Notes under the pieces: generated by a model | What the model was told of the DNA's origin: nothing | What the model saw: only the letters and a program-made list of their open reading frames with translations | The model's database searches: none | Translations under genes and position numbers: made by a program | Part shown: in pieces, positions 38,401 to 51,628 of the stretch | Layout of the letters: every line of letters starts with the position of its first letter | Position numbering within the stretch: the stretch's first letter is position 1 | NCBI GenBank assembly: GCA_030141605.1 | Contig: JAQGDQ010001045.1 | Coordinates: 1 to 64,000, forward strand | DNA length: 64,000 bases | DNA from: Tubiluchus corallicola | Taxonomy: Eukaryota; Animalia; Priapulida | Direction: 5' to 3'

Positions 38401-40166
38401 CCTGGCCATCTGCGCTGAAATCGTGTCACGGACGGGACCCGGCAAAAGTTTCACCTGTTCTTCTTTCAACTCCTTCGCACACCTGTTCAAGAGCTTCGTA
38501 GCGGCTATCTTATACCTTACCTCGTCCGGATGCTCGAGTAATTCCTTCTTGGCTCGTTTGTACATCACCACAACAGCCGGAGTTCTCGGCGTGGCAGGTT
38601 TTTTCGGAGAAGGCTTGGGAGACGGCGTAGCTTTAGCCTTATTATTGACTTTGCCAGCCTTCATGTCCAACAAAGTCATCTGTTTCATTTTCTTGTTTGG
38701 ACTGCAGAGATCTTTTCCCGGGCTCTGCAGGGAACGCTTCCCGGGGGAACACGATTTCTTGTTCGGAGACGACTTTCTCTTGGCATTTTTGTCTTGCGCG
38801 GTTTTCCTCTTTTTGGGCGACTTGTTCGGCTTTTTTTGGCCGCTTTGATTTTTCTTTGGCGACGAACGAGGCTTAGCGACAGCCTTCTGAGGAGATTTTT
38901 TGGGCGATGCCAACTTGTACCTGATTTCTTTCGGCGTAGATGCTAATTTATACCGAATTCCGTCGTCTTCGTCGTCGGGCGGCGCCAGCATATATCTAAT
39001 TTCATCATCTTTCGTTTTCTTGGGAGATTTTACCGGCGTCTTCTTAACAGGCGAAGTCGATTTTTGAGGTGTCAGTTTCTTTACAGCCACAGATAAGGAT
39101 TTGTCTTTGCCGCTTTGCAACGTTTTCGGCAACTTCTTAGTCGGCGAAGCAGCGGTCGATTTCTTAGGAGTCAATTTTTTCAAAACCACGGAAAAGCTGT
39201 CGGCGTTTTTTCCTTTAGGCGTGGTTCTGGGCGAAGCAACGTTCTGCGACTTTTTTGGAGTTGATGGCGAATCTCCAAGCTTTGCAAAATGCTTCAGTAA
39301 ACTATATGATTCCTTGGGGCTTTTGTTTTGTTTCGCTGTCTTATCGGCTTTCTTCTTTTTATCACTGTCGCTTTTGGACGTTGATTTTGCGTGTTTCATC
39401 TTTGACTTTTTGTTGCCAATGTCACAAGATTTCTTTCCCAAATCGGTCATCTTAGACGGAGACAACAGAAAGTCGGCAAATTTACTAACGAGATCATATT
39501 TCTTGACGAGTTTTTCGTCGACGACCCACGGCGCATTAGAAGCGGTACCAAATCGAACGGCATTTGCTCTGATAAAGAGGCGAAGTAACTCCTTCGACGG
39601 CAACTTCTCCGTGCGCTTGAGTTCGGTCGACGGAACGCCGTTGATAATAAGGTTATCACAGTGTACGTCATACGCAAAGTCCGACGATAGTTTGATCTTA
39701 TCAGCCGGCATTTTTGAAGGACTCTTATCTGAACCCTTAGCATTTTCCTTGTCGCTGTTTGGCGAGCTCCCGTTAGACGATGCGGCGGATTCGCCAGAAG
39801 AGGTGCCGGAATCCCAACGAGGAGGCGACTTCTTGACGACATTTACTATTTTACCTTTGATGACGTTGTGGGCCGAAGCAACGCTGAACAAAACGCACTC
39901 GCCAGGCTGAAGTACGCCGTGGAGTCTGACGCTGGCTGCGTCAACTAATCCGTCTAATGACTGCGTGCTGTGATGCACCAGTTCCAACACGGCTTTCTCG
40001 AACAGCGGCAAGAACTGACTGGCCAGCGACTGCCGACACGACGCTTCCGATTCCAGAGCTTTGATGTGTGTTAGACCGGTGTGCCCCGTGCATTGACATG
40101 TCCAAATACTTTCCTTGTACAACTGCAATCTTTTTCTGTATTCACTCTCAGAGCGAAACTTTTCCC
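35425..40166 (-). CDS. BAZ1B: BAZ1B/WSTF-like chromatin remodelling subunit, exon 2 (rest of WAC, DDT, WHIM, two PHD fingers, degenerate bromodomain)
   Basis: ttttccag|GG GAA AAG; IWTCQCTG (WAC); LFGDIAMVTEFL (DDT); PLGSDRNHHRYWLF; WEKSAEHAKCKIC..PHD. Confidence 0.93.
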
Positions 40167-40246
40167 CTGGAAAATAAATGGAAAAACGGGTAAAGTGAGC
40201 TGCAGCTGGAGTGTAAACCTACTTAGTACATTTGAATTATTAGGCA

Positions 40247-40922
40247 CTAGCAAAGGCCCCGCAAAAAATTTTGCATATACATACACTTACAATCAATAAT
40301 ACGCAAACATCCTACGTAGTCCTGCTTTATAACGCAAAGCCAGCAGCAGCTTTTACTGAATTAAAGTTATAAGGTTATAAGCAGAGTATAATGGATGACG
40401 TCAGAACAATGGCTTTGCGTCAGCAGTTTTCCAAGTGAAAATTGCCAAAAATAGAACATCTAATTAACTCCTCGCTACTCCTCTCATTGGACGTGTCCTA
40501 AAATATAGCCCACGTCATCGTGTAGCCCTGTTCTTCCTCTTTCTAAAGAGCCATATATCTCCTTCCGAGAGTCCCACCAGGCGCTGCTAGAACGTTTTTT
40601 CTACAGGCTGTTTGACCAAAATTTCGAAAAAATTGCAATTGGGTCTGAGACGGGCTATCTATCCATGGCCCGTTCCTGTTCTTCAGAAATAAGAGGTATA
40701 AGTTTCGCAAAAAACGGCCGGAAAAATGGCCAATTTTGGAGGTTTTTTGCCCCCGTTCCTCGCGGTGTACCCGATTCGAAAAATAAACCCCCCAAAGGCA
40801 TGACACTAGATCGAGACCTTTCATTTGATATATAGATCGCCGCAAATGGTGCCGTCGTCGAAGCTGTAGCCTCGAATCTTATATATATATATATAACATA
40901 CCAGCAAAATGAATATATACGA
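40247..40922 (-). mobile_element. Non-autonomous Helitron
   Basis: Minus strand: 5' TC...; 3' hairpin GCAAAATTTTTTGC, 10-nt spacer, CTAG|T; second 3' end abuts at 40923; inverted fragment at ~42410-42665. Confidence 0.65.
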
Positions 40923-41535
40923 CTAGCAAAGGCCCCACAAAAAATTTTGCATATAAATCCACTTATAATAAAAAATACGCGAACATCCTACATAGTCCTC
41001 ATTTACAACGCAGCAGCTTTTACAGAATGAAGGTTATAGACAGACTATAACCTTATTATAATGATTCTTATTAAACTATTAATTTTTAAAAAAATAGTTA
41101 TGTAGGTCCTATCTATAACATAGCAAAACTTGAACAAAATATGAAAAATTTACACAAAAATCAAACTTAACAAATATATAAACCTACTACAAGACCCACT
41201 GAATAATCATATAATCATATAACTTCAATTCAGTTCAAATTTAATTTCCAAATATAACAAACTCGTTACTGTTTCTCCTTTTGATTGTGATAAAAGAAGC
41301 CATTAAGGTGCATGTAAAGTTCTACGGTTTTTGTTTAACACGTGTATGACTGCGTAAGTCCAATCCAGCTAGCTTAGATTATTTTGTATTTTTACCTGTT
41401 GTGAGACATTTTAAACTTGTTTTGAATTAATTTCTCATTACACTCACATCTCGGTTTACCGAACAAAAGCGGGGAGACGCCGAATGTCCGTATTTACTGA
41501 TTCTAACCTAATACAGTAAGTGCCACGTATTAGGC

Positions 41536-41985
41536 CAGGGGTGTGCAAATTGCGGCCCGCGAAGAGATTTGTCAACCTAATGAAAGTGCGGCCCGGTTGA
41601 TTAATTGAGTGTATCCAGCTGAAGTCCGTGCCACGATCCCAAAGATAGTGCGGGTAGTTTTTTCTACTAGATCGGATGCTATTAGACGGTTGTAGCTTAA
41701 TGTCACTGTACTACTCAGACTGTGTGATACACATTACTAATATGCATTGTAATGAAATTACCACTATCTGTCCTGAAAGTAGAAATATATGGTTTGTAAT
41801 ATAAATTTTAATAACTTCTAAAATAGTTTCTTGAGTGTAGTAGTAATGATGTACGCAGGTCGGATGCAAAAAAATTGTTATTAGGTCTTTCTGTACTTGA
41901 CTCCTTGATCAAACTGCCTGTGGCCCGCAAGAATTGTGGGAAAGTTTAATGTGGCCCGACTAGTCAGATAATTTGCACACCCCTG
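41536..41985. mobile_element. hAT MITE, copy 2
   Basis: Same TIR; TSD tattaggc/tattagac. Confidence 0.85.
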
Positions 41986-44038
41986 TATTAGACTCACGGT
42001 AATGCAGAATCAATCGCCGTTTCAAAAGCTCTAGTACGGGCCACTCCTGACACAAACTACCCCCTTGTTGTTACACGCTGCTTGGTTGCACTGATGTAGT
42101 GATGTAAACAAAGTGACGGCTTACCAACTAGCAGTCAGCTCATGAAATAACGGACTGTGCCCGTAGTGTGAGAGACTTAACGGTGCAGATTTTGTCTGAT
42201 TTTTCCGACGTCCGTAAAAGCGAGGTCCGGCGGACCAAGATATAAGTGTATGTACATTTTTTGTTAATGTTATTGTACAGTATAGTAGGAGAAATGTGTT
42301 GGGAGAAGAATGAGGGGTACTGTCAAATGTTTACAGTAACAAAGGGCACTTTTTTAAAGCAATCTATGCTTCATTGTTAATGCTTTAATGAATAAATTTG
42401 TTTATATAAAGAGATATATAGCTCTTTAGAAAGAGGAAGGACAGGGCTACACTGTGATGTGGGCTATATTTTAGTACACGTCCACCAAGAGGAGTGCCGA
42501 CGAGTTAATTAGATGTTTGGCAATTTTCATTTGGACTGCTGACGCAAAGCCATTGTTCTGACGTCATCCATTATACTCTGCCTATAACTTTATAGCCCTA
42601 ATTCAGTAAAAGCTGCTGCTGGCTTTGCGTTATAAAGCAGGACTATGTAGGATGTTTGCGTATTACTAGCTTTTTGAATGAGATAAACTGGCACATTCTA
42701 CTAAGCTAATAATTATTTTTTCTCCAAACTAAAATATTTTGGCATAGCATTGAGCAAGGTAAGCAACAGATATTGAAATTTTACAAATTAAAGGAAAAAG
42801 GGACAATGTTTCACACACTACCCTATTTTCAAGTCCAAAAAGTATACATTTTAACATGATTAATATTACAAAAACATTTCTGATCATTAAATTGATAATT
42901 GATTGAAAACCTAGTTAACAGCGGGCGACTTCCAACTAATGATGACATCACAAACTAACATAATTTTCAACAACAAAAGTATTGCACGAGCGTGTTGCAC
43001 GTGTTTGTGAAAGCGAAATTGAAGTACAGTGTTACTGTACAATATTCAGTGTCATATACAAAAACTCGGCACATTTTAGGTTTAAAAATTAATATTTCGA
43101 GTTTATCATTGTGCTACATCAGAAGCGAATTGAGGATACAGCGCCAGTTTTTTGTGCAATACATTTCTGAAATGCAAACGATGTGGCCATCTAAGTAGAA
43201 CATGGCAAAATGCACGTAACTGGGCGAGAACGTGAATTAAACTTCACGGCAAATGATCCTTTCAGAGACGTCACTTTTAAAAAATGTCCTCTTTCAATAT
43301 TTTATACATTAGATTATTTTGAGCTGCAGTCTAAAATTGGGTTCTGTTCCCGCTTAAGTCTTTTAGTCGTCCTCCTTTAACTTTGAAAATTATTATGAAC
43401 AGAATGTGTTCAGTAAACAATTGATGTTTGTTGAGTTTTTTAGTGGAAATATAAACAAAATAATTACAAAAGTGATAGCAAATGATGCCAGCTAGTCTGC
43501 AAGTTTTACAACACGCACTAATTAAAATTCATGACGTTAGGCCGGACACAGAAAAATTGTTTCTGCCTTATCTCATGAGGTAACAAGATGTCAGTAGGCA
43601 AGGAAGAAGCTTTGTGAATGTTTAAAGCAGAATCGTGGAATATTTAAAATCACTTGGAATCAAAGTTTGCTTATACCCTACTGGTTTGCAGTAACAATTT
43701 AAATTTTTCAAAGCACATTTTTTCACGCTTCGCTATTTAATAATTTTTTTTATTTTGCGTTGCTAATTTTTCGTATAATTATCTATTAACGTATACATTG
43801 TCTATTTTCTGTACAGCACGAATATTATGTCCTGATAATTATGGTATGAGCGGCAACACTATTTGGCTATTAATATGCTAATTTGGCGGAAAATACGATA
43901 TTTTTAGCCTCCAATATGATAATCAGCATCATGCAAAATGGCTGTATGAGAGTTAGCGGAAGAAAAAAATTCTTCATTGAAACAACGAAGGTAAAATAAT
44001 AGCGTTTTACATCCTAAATTAAACAATATGCTTTATAC

Positions 44039-44434
44039 CAGGGGTGTGCAAACTACAGCCAGCGGGTCACTTGTCAACCTAAGAGATTTGTCAACCAAAA
44101 CCCCCAAATTGAGTGTACACAGCGAAGTCCCCACACCCAAAAACACACAACACCAAACCCACAAAACAACCACTACACAGACTGTGTGATACACATTACT
44201 AATATGCATTGTAATGAAATTACCACTATCTGTCCTGAAAATAGAAATATATGGTTTGTAATAATAACTTCTAAAATAGTTTCTTGGGTGTAGTAATATT
44301 GATGTACGCAGGTCAGATGCAGGTCGTTATCAGGCCTTTCTGTACTTAGCTCCTTGATCAAACTGCCTGTGGCCGGCAGGAATTGTGGGAAAGTTTAATG
44401 TGGCCTGGCTAGTCAGATAATTTGCACACCCCTG
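44039..44434. mobile_element. hAT MITE, copy 3
   Basis: Same TIR; TSD ctttatac/atttatat. Confidence 0.8.
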
Positions 44435-45338
44435 ATTTATATAACTGTGTCAGGCAAGCATATAAACGTACAAAAAAGTAATAAAAATCCTGACCAGGTG
44501 CACGATAAACCGGGCGATTAGACAGAAGCAATTCTAAGTCTATCTAATGTTTTAAAGGTGTCATAGAAAAAAAGAAACATATTCTTCAATGTGCCAATTT
44601 CAACTCGTCTAAACTGAAATTTCAAATTGCTCCTTGCTAATACACCACAAACAGTTTGCTTACCAAGATAATAATGTAGAAAAAGGACAAGGCAGCTGAT
44701 AACACCCATACTGACAAACCAAGAACATTTTTGTCTATGCAAATTAGCTAAATAATGCTCAAAAGCATAAACTAATTTCATATAAACTATTTTGAGAAAC
44801 TTTTCAGAGCTCCGTAACCCCAGACGAGATCCTGGCTCATTAGCAAGGATGATTCTCTAAAATGAGGCCCTAAACTGGCACTTTGACGCAACAAAATTCG
44901 CATGTATAAAACTGCATATTTATCTTCCATTTGCCACACCATTTCTTTTCTGTTTTATTTTATCTTTCATTTTTGTTTATGTTTATTTTGTAAATTTTTG
45001 GGACAAATAAATTACTTATATGTACACGAAGCAAGTGCGCATAACTACTCGGCCACTCCTCCCACTCGAACAGCGAATGATAATGTGTTAGAAAAGTGGG
45101 ATAAATTACGGACTAAATTAGGGTTAACATCTAGTGGTCAATACTGAAAGTTTTCCCTATTCGAATGAGCACATAAACCTAAGGAGATCCGCAGCGAGAA
45201 GAAATGTCTGAAGCAAAACTCCTCAACCAACTTTCTTCTTCTTCGGGTATAGCAGTATAGACTACAAAATTTTAAAATGTGTAAAAAAGTATAATTGAAG
45301 TAACTGCTTTACTCGTCGTATTTGCGGCCAAGCCTTAC

Positions 45339-45429
45339 CTGTATGTGATATCTCATAAATCTTTTCATTAGCACTTATTGTAGATAACGGCCTAACTGGC
45401 AAAAATAGCTTCTTTCCCAGTAAAGGCAT
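45339..45429 (-). CDS. BAZ1B: BAZ1B exon 1 (MPLLGKKLFLPVRPLSTISANEKIYEISHT-G)
   Basis: Matches the WSTF/ACF1 N-terminal PLLG(R/K)K.F motif; ACAG|gtaagg donor, phase 1 joins exon 2; ~1610 aa total. Confidence 0.9.
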
Positions 45430-46487
45430 TATGTCTGGAATTAATAGCGTTTTCTATAAAACATCATTTTCTTTTATTCTGCAACCACTTTATTATAGAA
45501 ATCTTTGAAAATGGCGGGAGACCAGCAACAAAATCTGTAAGAAATGCTCCGCAACGTAAACTACGGCAATTACCTAAGGTCTCACGATACCTTGTGTTAT
45601 AAATCACAAAATTCACAGCACAATAGCCTTGTTTGACACTAATGATTATTTTTAACGTTTTGCATGCATTCATTTTTGTAAACACCATATTACATATTAA
45701 AATGAAGATATTTTGGGATAATTGAATTCATTTCTAAAACGATTTTCTAACCAGAAAATTCTAGTAGGAAAGCAAACTAATCTGAAAAGAATGTTTATTT
45801 TTGTTATCACTTATATAAGCCTGGCCCGGCAGCAAACGTGAGGAAGCCCTGTATTAAATTATACTTGTAAAATATTAATTTGATTAGTTTTATTGTCTTC
45901 AGCATTTCACTAGTTTGTGTAAACTTTATTTTCTAGTTTATAATGTTAAAACTTGATGTAGAAATACGTTAATGACGTAAAGTGGTTACAATGTTGTTAG
46001 ATCTGTGATGAGACTAGTCAGTGTTGTATATTACATGACGTATGACGTGTTATCATGATAATGAAACGAGCCGAAGACTTGGAAAATATGACAACAAGAA
46101 AATAAAATTTCATAGTGTGAATGGTAAACCACTGATGTATTTTATATTACATTTAAATTTACTTTAGAAAACTTTTCTTCTGTCGATAAGATTAGGAAAC
46201 TACTGTACTGGTTTATTTAAACTACCCAAGGCGTGAGCGAGGTGAATTTATTGTAAATTTAAATCTGATGTATTTTCTTTAACTTAAATTTGAAAATCTA
46301 AATAAATGTACCATTACAGGTGCAACTTGTTGCACTACTAGCAGCTAAGGTGATTTATTTAGACCGAAAATTTTGTACTTATTTTTAACACTACATGTAT
46401 TCTGGTAATGTAAACGTGATTTGTAAGATAAGATGATTTCTTTTTGACATGAAGTTGTGACAAACTGACGTACCATTCGAGAACAGC
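45430..46487. promoter_or_regulatory. Probable bidirectional promoter BAZ1B / MAPKAPK5
   Basis: Divergent ATGs ~1.06 kb apart; YY1-like AAAATGGCGG at 45508; CRE-like TGACGT motifs at ~45972-46048. Confidence 0.55.
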
Positions 46488-46550
46488 ATGGCTGATGATG
46501 ATCTAGGCAAAAAGGAAACGGAACGACAACGTGACAAACCTGAATTTAAG
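46488..46550 (+). CDS. MAPKAPK5: MAPKAPK5 probable exon 1 (MADDDLGKKETERQRDKPEFK)
   Basis: AGCATGG start context; AAG|gttaga donor, phase 0 fits exon 2. Confidence 0.65.
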
Positions 46551-48762
46551 GTTAGAAAAAACATGTATGTACTTGCATAGCAAAAACGTCCGTAAGTCGG
46601 CAATAAGTTTTTCTAGTTATTCACATATTCTGAATCGCCATTTCATGAGGATCATTTTGATACGAAGTTCATCACTCTATGTTATTTCTAAGTTGAGATA
46701 ATCCATGTTGAAGTTGAGGTGCAGGCTGCACACTGAAAATCATAATCTTGAGAAAATCACTGTTAAAGTCAGCCATTGTTTTTTGTTGCGTTTCTACAAA
46801 ACACTTAGCAACCGTACAAATGTTGGTCGCTGTAGACTTTGCAATGAACACATTGAAGTTATGTTTAAATCCAGTAGATGGCTCTTCCTCACGAAGATCT
46901 GGACTTCGTAACAGAAAAAACCCTAAGCAAAATGGCTGCTTACACGAGCTACAATCAGAGTTTGAAAATACAAGTTTTTTTTACAATTGCAATACTAGTT
47001 TCCAGCCATAAAAGTGGATTGGGGGTTATAAAATTAGATTTTTAGTATTTTTTGAACATTTTCTTCATAATTTGATTCTAGAATATAAAAGTCCAATATA
47101 TTTAGCATTTGTTTTTTATAAAAAACAAAAAATTGACGTTTGACCAAATTTTTGGTGCATTTTACTTTGAAGCATCATAACGTAGTTCTAACTTAAGCCG
47201 ACTTATGGACGGTTTTGGTTTGCAAGCAACACATTTATGTATTTCCAATTAACTTTATTAAAATTAGAGTGAATCCGAATTGGGGCTACAGTTTGGAAAT
47301 ATTGAAAACTACAATAGCTTTTTTTAAATCAAAGCTTAGATTAAATAATAATTTCCTCGGATACTCAAATTTCGTTAAACTTTCAAAGTTACGTGCGGCT
47401 CAGTGAATCTAGTAACATTGGCAACGGTGCCTTTTTGTCACATTCGCGTGGCTGACAAATAGAAGGCGGTACCATGATAACCGTGATCACGAACTGCAGT
47501 GTTAGTTTCTGACGTCATATGACGTACAGCCCATTTTTCGTGACATTATGCATTTAAGCAGTAACACTTATGCAAATGTGCTTGATGCTCAAGGGAAGAT
47601 GTCTGTCATTGCACAAACTGTGGTTAGTTTCTGACATAAGCAATAGCTGTATTCAGTTGCCGTTAATGAACTTTCTAAGCTAATTATTCAAATATAAGGA
47701 GCAGTTATAAGATCCGATTTGAATTTGGCAAAAAATGTAAAGCAGCAGATCTGCTGTAAAATTCTGTCCCCTTGGCTGGATCTTTAACAAAATTTAAATG
47801 TTGCAATGTCACTTCATTATGTTGACACGTTTAAATGAAGACAGGATGATTTTTCATATACTACCCATTTTTAAGTCGGATAAAAAGTATACATTTTAAC
47901 ATGATTAGCATTGCAAAAGCATTTCTGATAATTAAATAATGAATTAAAAACTTTATAATGGCGGGCGAGCAGAACTATTGATGACACGATCGTGTTGCAC
48001 GTGTTTGTGAAAGTGAAAATTGAAGCACAGTGCTACTGTAAGATATTCAGTGTGTTGTGCTAAAACTAGGCAAGTTTTAAGATAAAAATTCAAATTTACC
48101 GCTGTGCTCATGCATGAGCTGTCGAGCATGTGTAGTTCGTCACAAACTAACACATCTGAACTGTACCTGTTTGTTGTACAATGCGTTTCCGAAATGCAGG
48201 CGCTAGTGCCCATCTAACTAGAGAATGACGAAATGCATGTAACATCGAAGCATTAGTAGCGTGAATGCGAATTGTGTTTGTGTGGTAATAATTCTTTCAC
48301 GTAAGTCATTTTTGAAAAAATAGTATGTTTCTTTTCAATATTTTAAAGAGTGGATTGTTTTGTTTTGACCTGCAGTTTAACATTGGGTTCCGTTTTGCTT
48401 TAATGACAATCAACTGCCATGATTCTCAGTACTAAATGCGTTCAGAGCTTTGAAACCCGTGGAGCGTGTCAAACGGAACTCACCATATCCGTGATACTGC
48501 CAGCGTGGCCGCTGAATTCACGAACAATCCTCCGTATGTCGACATCAACAACGTTCACACTAAAATTATCCAAAGCAACTGCCAACATTGAGCTGAAAGG
48601 ATCGCAGTTTTCTGTAAAAGACAAAAAAACAAAAAAAAATGAGATAATCTGGACAGTTTAAAAACTAAAGTTCACGTGTTGATGCTACCTAGATGAAAAT
48701 TGCACAGGAACTATTGACACTGACCATGAAAAATCAACAATCAGCCTGTGATTATAAAACAG

Positions 48763-50314
48763 CAGGGATGTTACCGAAACTGGATTCATAAACCAAAACT
48801 GGAATTTATCAAACACAGGAAACCGATACCGAAAGGAAAACCGGGCGATTCTTTAGACTCAATCTCACTTTAATCTGTCTAAAATATACATTTTCTTGCC
48901 AATAAAAGTTAACAGTTGTTCCTTATATTTGAATAATTGGCTTAGAAAGTTAATTAACGGCAACCAAACACAGCTATTGCTTATGTCACAAACTAATCAC
49001 AATGTGTGCAATGACAGGCGTTTTCCCTTGCGCATCAAGCACATTTGCTTCCATGCTGTTTAAACGTGTGATGTCACGAAAAATGGGTTCTACATCATGT
49101 GACGCCAGAAACTAGCACCGCAGTTCATGATCATGCTTATCACGGTACCGCCTTCTATTTATCGGCCACGCAAACGTGACAAAAAGGCGCCGCTGCCAAT
49201 CTTAGTAGATTCACTGAGCCGCTCGTAGCTTTGAAAGTTTAACGAAATTTGAGTATCCGAGGTAATTATTATTTAATTTAATCTTTGATTTAAAAAAAGC
49301 TATTGTAATTTTCAATATTTTAGAGCATTCTTTATTCTGAACTCGTGTTTACACAATCATCCGGTTTTACTTTAACATTTTTGCAAAACCAACTAGCATT
49401 AATACTGAAAAAAGAAAATTATGAAATAAGTAAAATATTTTGTTTTTGTTTGTTTTTATTTGCTGTGACGCGGAATTCCTGATAAACAAACACAAGAATG
49501 TTTTATAGTATAGAATCTCAAGTTTGATGGAGTGACTTACCTAAGAAAAATTAATGTATTACAATGTTTTTGGCTTTAAGTATCCTTAATGATTAATGTT
49601 TAAAGATCATAATACTTCATTAAGATAAAGAAATTTTATTGAACCAGACGGTTTAGTCTAGTGGTAATGCATCTGCTTTCCATCTGGGAGGTCGTGAGTT
49701 CGAACCAGCAACCGGGTCATACCAAAGACTTTAAAAATGGTACCTGCTGTTGCCCTGCCCGACGCGTGGTATTTAGGGTAAAAGTGGGGTAATAATAGTC
49801 TCTGTTATGTAGTTGTAGGTTGTTATTTACAGTCGGCGATAATAGCTCTTTGAGCTAATGTTAATTGTTGACCCAAAAGCCGACTTTAAATAAAGATTAT
49901 TATTATTATTTTGTAGATGTTTGATTGCCTACATTTCATAAATTATAAAATTAATCATGATTTTGCTCAAATGTTGCTTGATATTTTGGTTGATTGGGCC
50001 TGAATACCCTAGAACTAATAGTGAGCACTGAAGATATGCCGTATTGCCGGTAAAATCACGTCAGAAAGTGTTATGTAAGGCAAGTTTCCGCTTTATTTGA
50101 ACCATTTTAGCCAAGATTTTTCAGCAGTTTTTAACATCTAGGAGAAAAGAAAAGATAAATTTGATAAATACTAGTAAAACTTCGGGAAAATGCCGAAGAA
50201 AATTATCCGAAATTTCGACAACGAAATTTAGTAAATTTCGCCAAAAGCGAAACTTAGCCGAAAATGCGATTATCAATAAATTGAACCGTAAATTTCGTTT
50301 CGATAACATCACTT
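48763..50314. mobile_element. TIR element with nested family-B MITE and tRNA-SINE
   Basis: CAGGGATGTTACCGAAAC ... GTTTCGATAACATCACT inverted ends. Confidence 0.5.
49643..49910 (+). mobile_element. tRNA-derived SINE with a Meta-SINE-like core
   Basis: A box TAGTCTAGTGG, B box GAGTTCGAACC, then GGTCATACCAAAGACTTTAAAAATGGTACC, (TTA)n tail; superfamily name from memory. Confidence 0.7.
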
Positions 50315-50534
50315 TTTTACAGCACAAATAATTTTTCTCTATGACCATCCATCAGTTCAGCTCTCTGTCATCACGCAAAAACATTCTGTCATCTCTATTT
50401 TAAATTTTAGTGAAGTTAATGTTGCGCATCTACATGTTTAGAATATGATTTTGGTCTGTCGTGTCTTTCTGTATTTCGGTATTAAAAGTTTTTTGACAGC
50501 AGAAGTAATAAATTCGTTTTTCTCGTTGCTTTAG

Positions 50535-50608
50535 AGGCACTCGGTGCTAAACGATTATGAAGTTGATTGGACAGGTAGCCTGGGAACGGGGATCAGCGGT
50601 CCGGTTAG
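50535..50608 (+). CDS. MAPKAPK5: MAPKAPK5 exon 2
   Basis: RHSVLNDYEVDWTGSLGTGISGPVR (MK5-type LG.GISGPVR); canonical splice sites. Confidence 0.9.
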
Positions 50609-50727
50609 GTGAGTCTCCGTCTTTGACGTTTTAAAGTGACGGCATTTTTACACCCTAACAGCTACGATTGCGGCAACGATGACAGCAATGACTGTGTTCA
50701 TCGGAACACTGATGATACTGCGGCTGC

Positions 50728-50790
50728 TGACGACGACGATGGTGATGACGACGACGACGACGATGGTGATGATGATGATGATGACGACGG

Positions 50791-50821
<31 letters not shown>

Positions 50822-50930
50822 AGTGATGCTGATAATGATCACGAATATGATGTGATAACACTGATGGAGATTATGATAGTGGCTATGACAGTGATGATGA
50901 TGGTAGTGGCAGCAGTGACTATGATGATGA
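50728..50930. repeat. (GAT/GAC)n tract
   Basis: Direct. Confidence 0.9.
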
Positions 50931-51454
50931 CAGCACTGTCATATTACAGCTAGAATTGATTTTAACTAAAAACTGAAAACTCTGAACTTCTGCTCAGTTC
51001 TGTAAAGCAGTAAGTGCACTCAGAAATGTGCTTGGCGAACTAATCTAAGCAACACTGAGGCTGGTCAGTAAATGGATGGTGTGCGGTAAATGCTGATATG
51101 ATCAGCCGTATTAATTCTGGCTATTTAATTCATTGAAGGATGTACGTATATGCTTGTGTACGTATTCGGACTAGAACTTTGCTAAATTCTACCAGTTTAG
51201 TGCCATTTGTTAACAGGCTTTGCTAATGAACTACGTACCAGTCTCACCACAATAAGTAGGCTTGAATACTATATCGTGGTTGTTGAATCGTTTTAAGAAA
51301 TGCGACTGTATTTCCTTGCTTACTTTTTATTCTTTTATTTGTTTTCTTCTTTTAAACGTACACCTGTTGTAAAACTGTGAAGCGTTCGTGCATTTTCTGC
51401 ATTTTCCCAGATGATCTGATAAGACAGTTTTCCCAGTTTTCCCTTCACTTCCAG

Positions 51455-51628
51455 GCCGTGCACAAAGATTTGCACCGGAGAACAGTTTGCTCTCAAGTGC
51501 CTCCTGGACCGACCCAGATCTCGTAACGAGGTCGTGCTTCACTGGCGCTGTAGCGGTCATCCGAATATAGTGACCATCTATGACGTGTACTCGAACGACA
51601 TTCAGTTTCCCGGAGAAAATTTCCCAAT
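51455..51628 (+). CDS. MAPKAPK5: MAPKAPK5 exon 3
   Basis: FALKCLLDRPRSRNEVVLHW...HPNIVTIYDVYSNDIQFPGE. Confidence 0.92.

Noticed and set aside
49643-49715. tRNA gene
   Set aside because: No acceptor stem or terminator; continues into a SINE core and tail.
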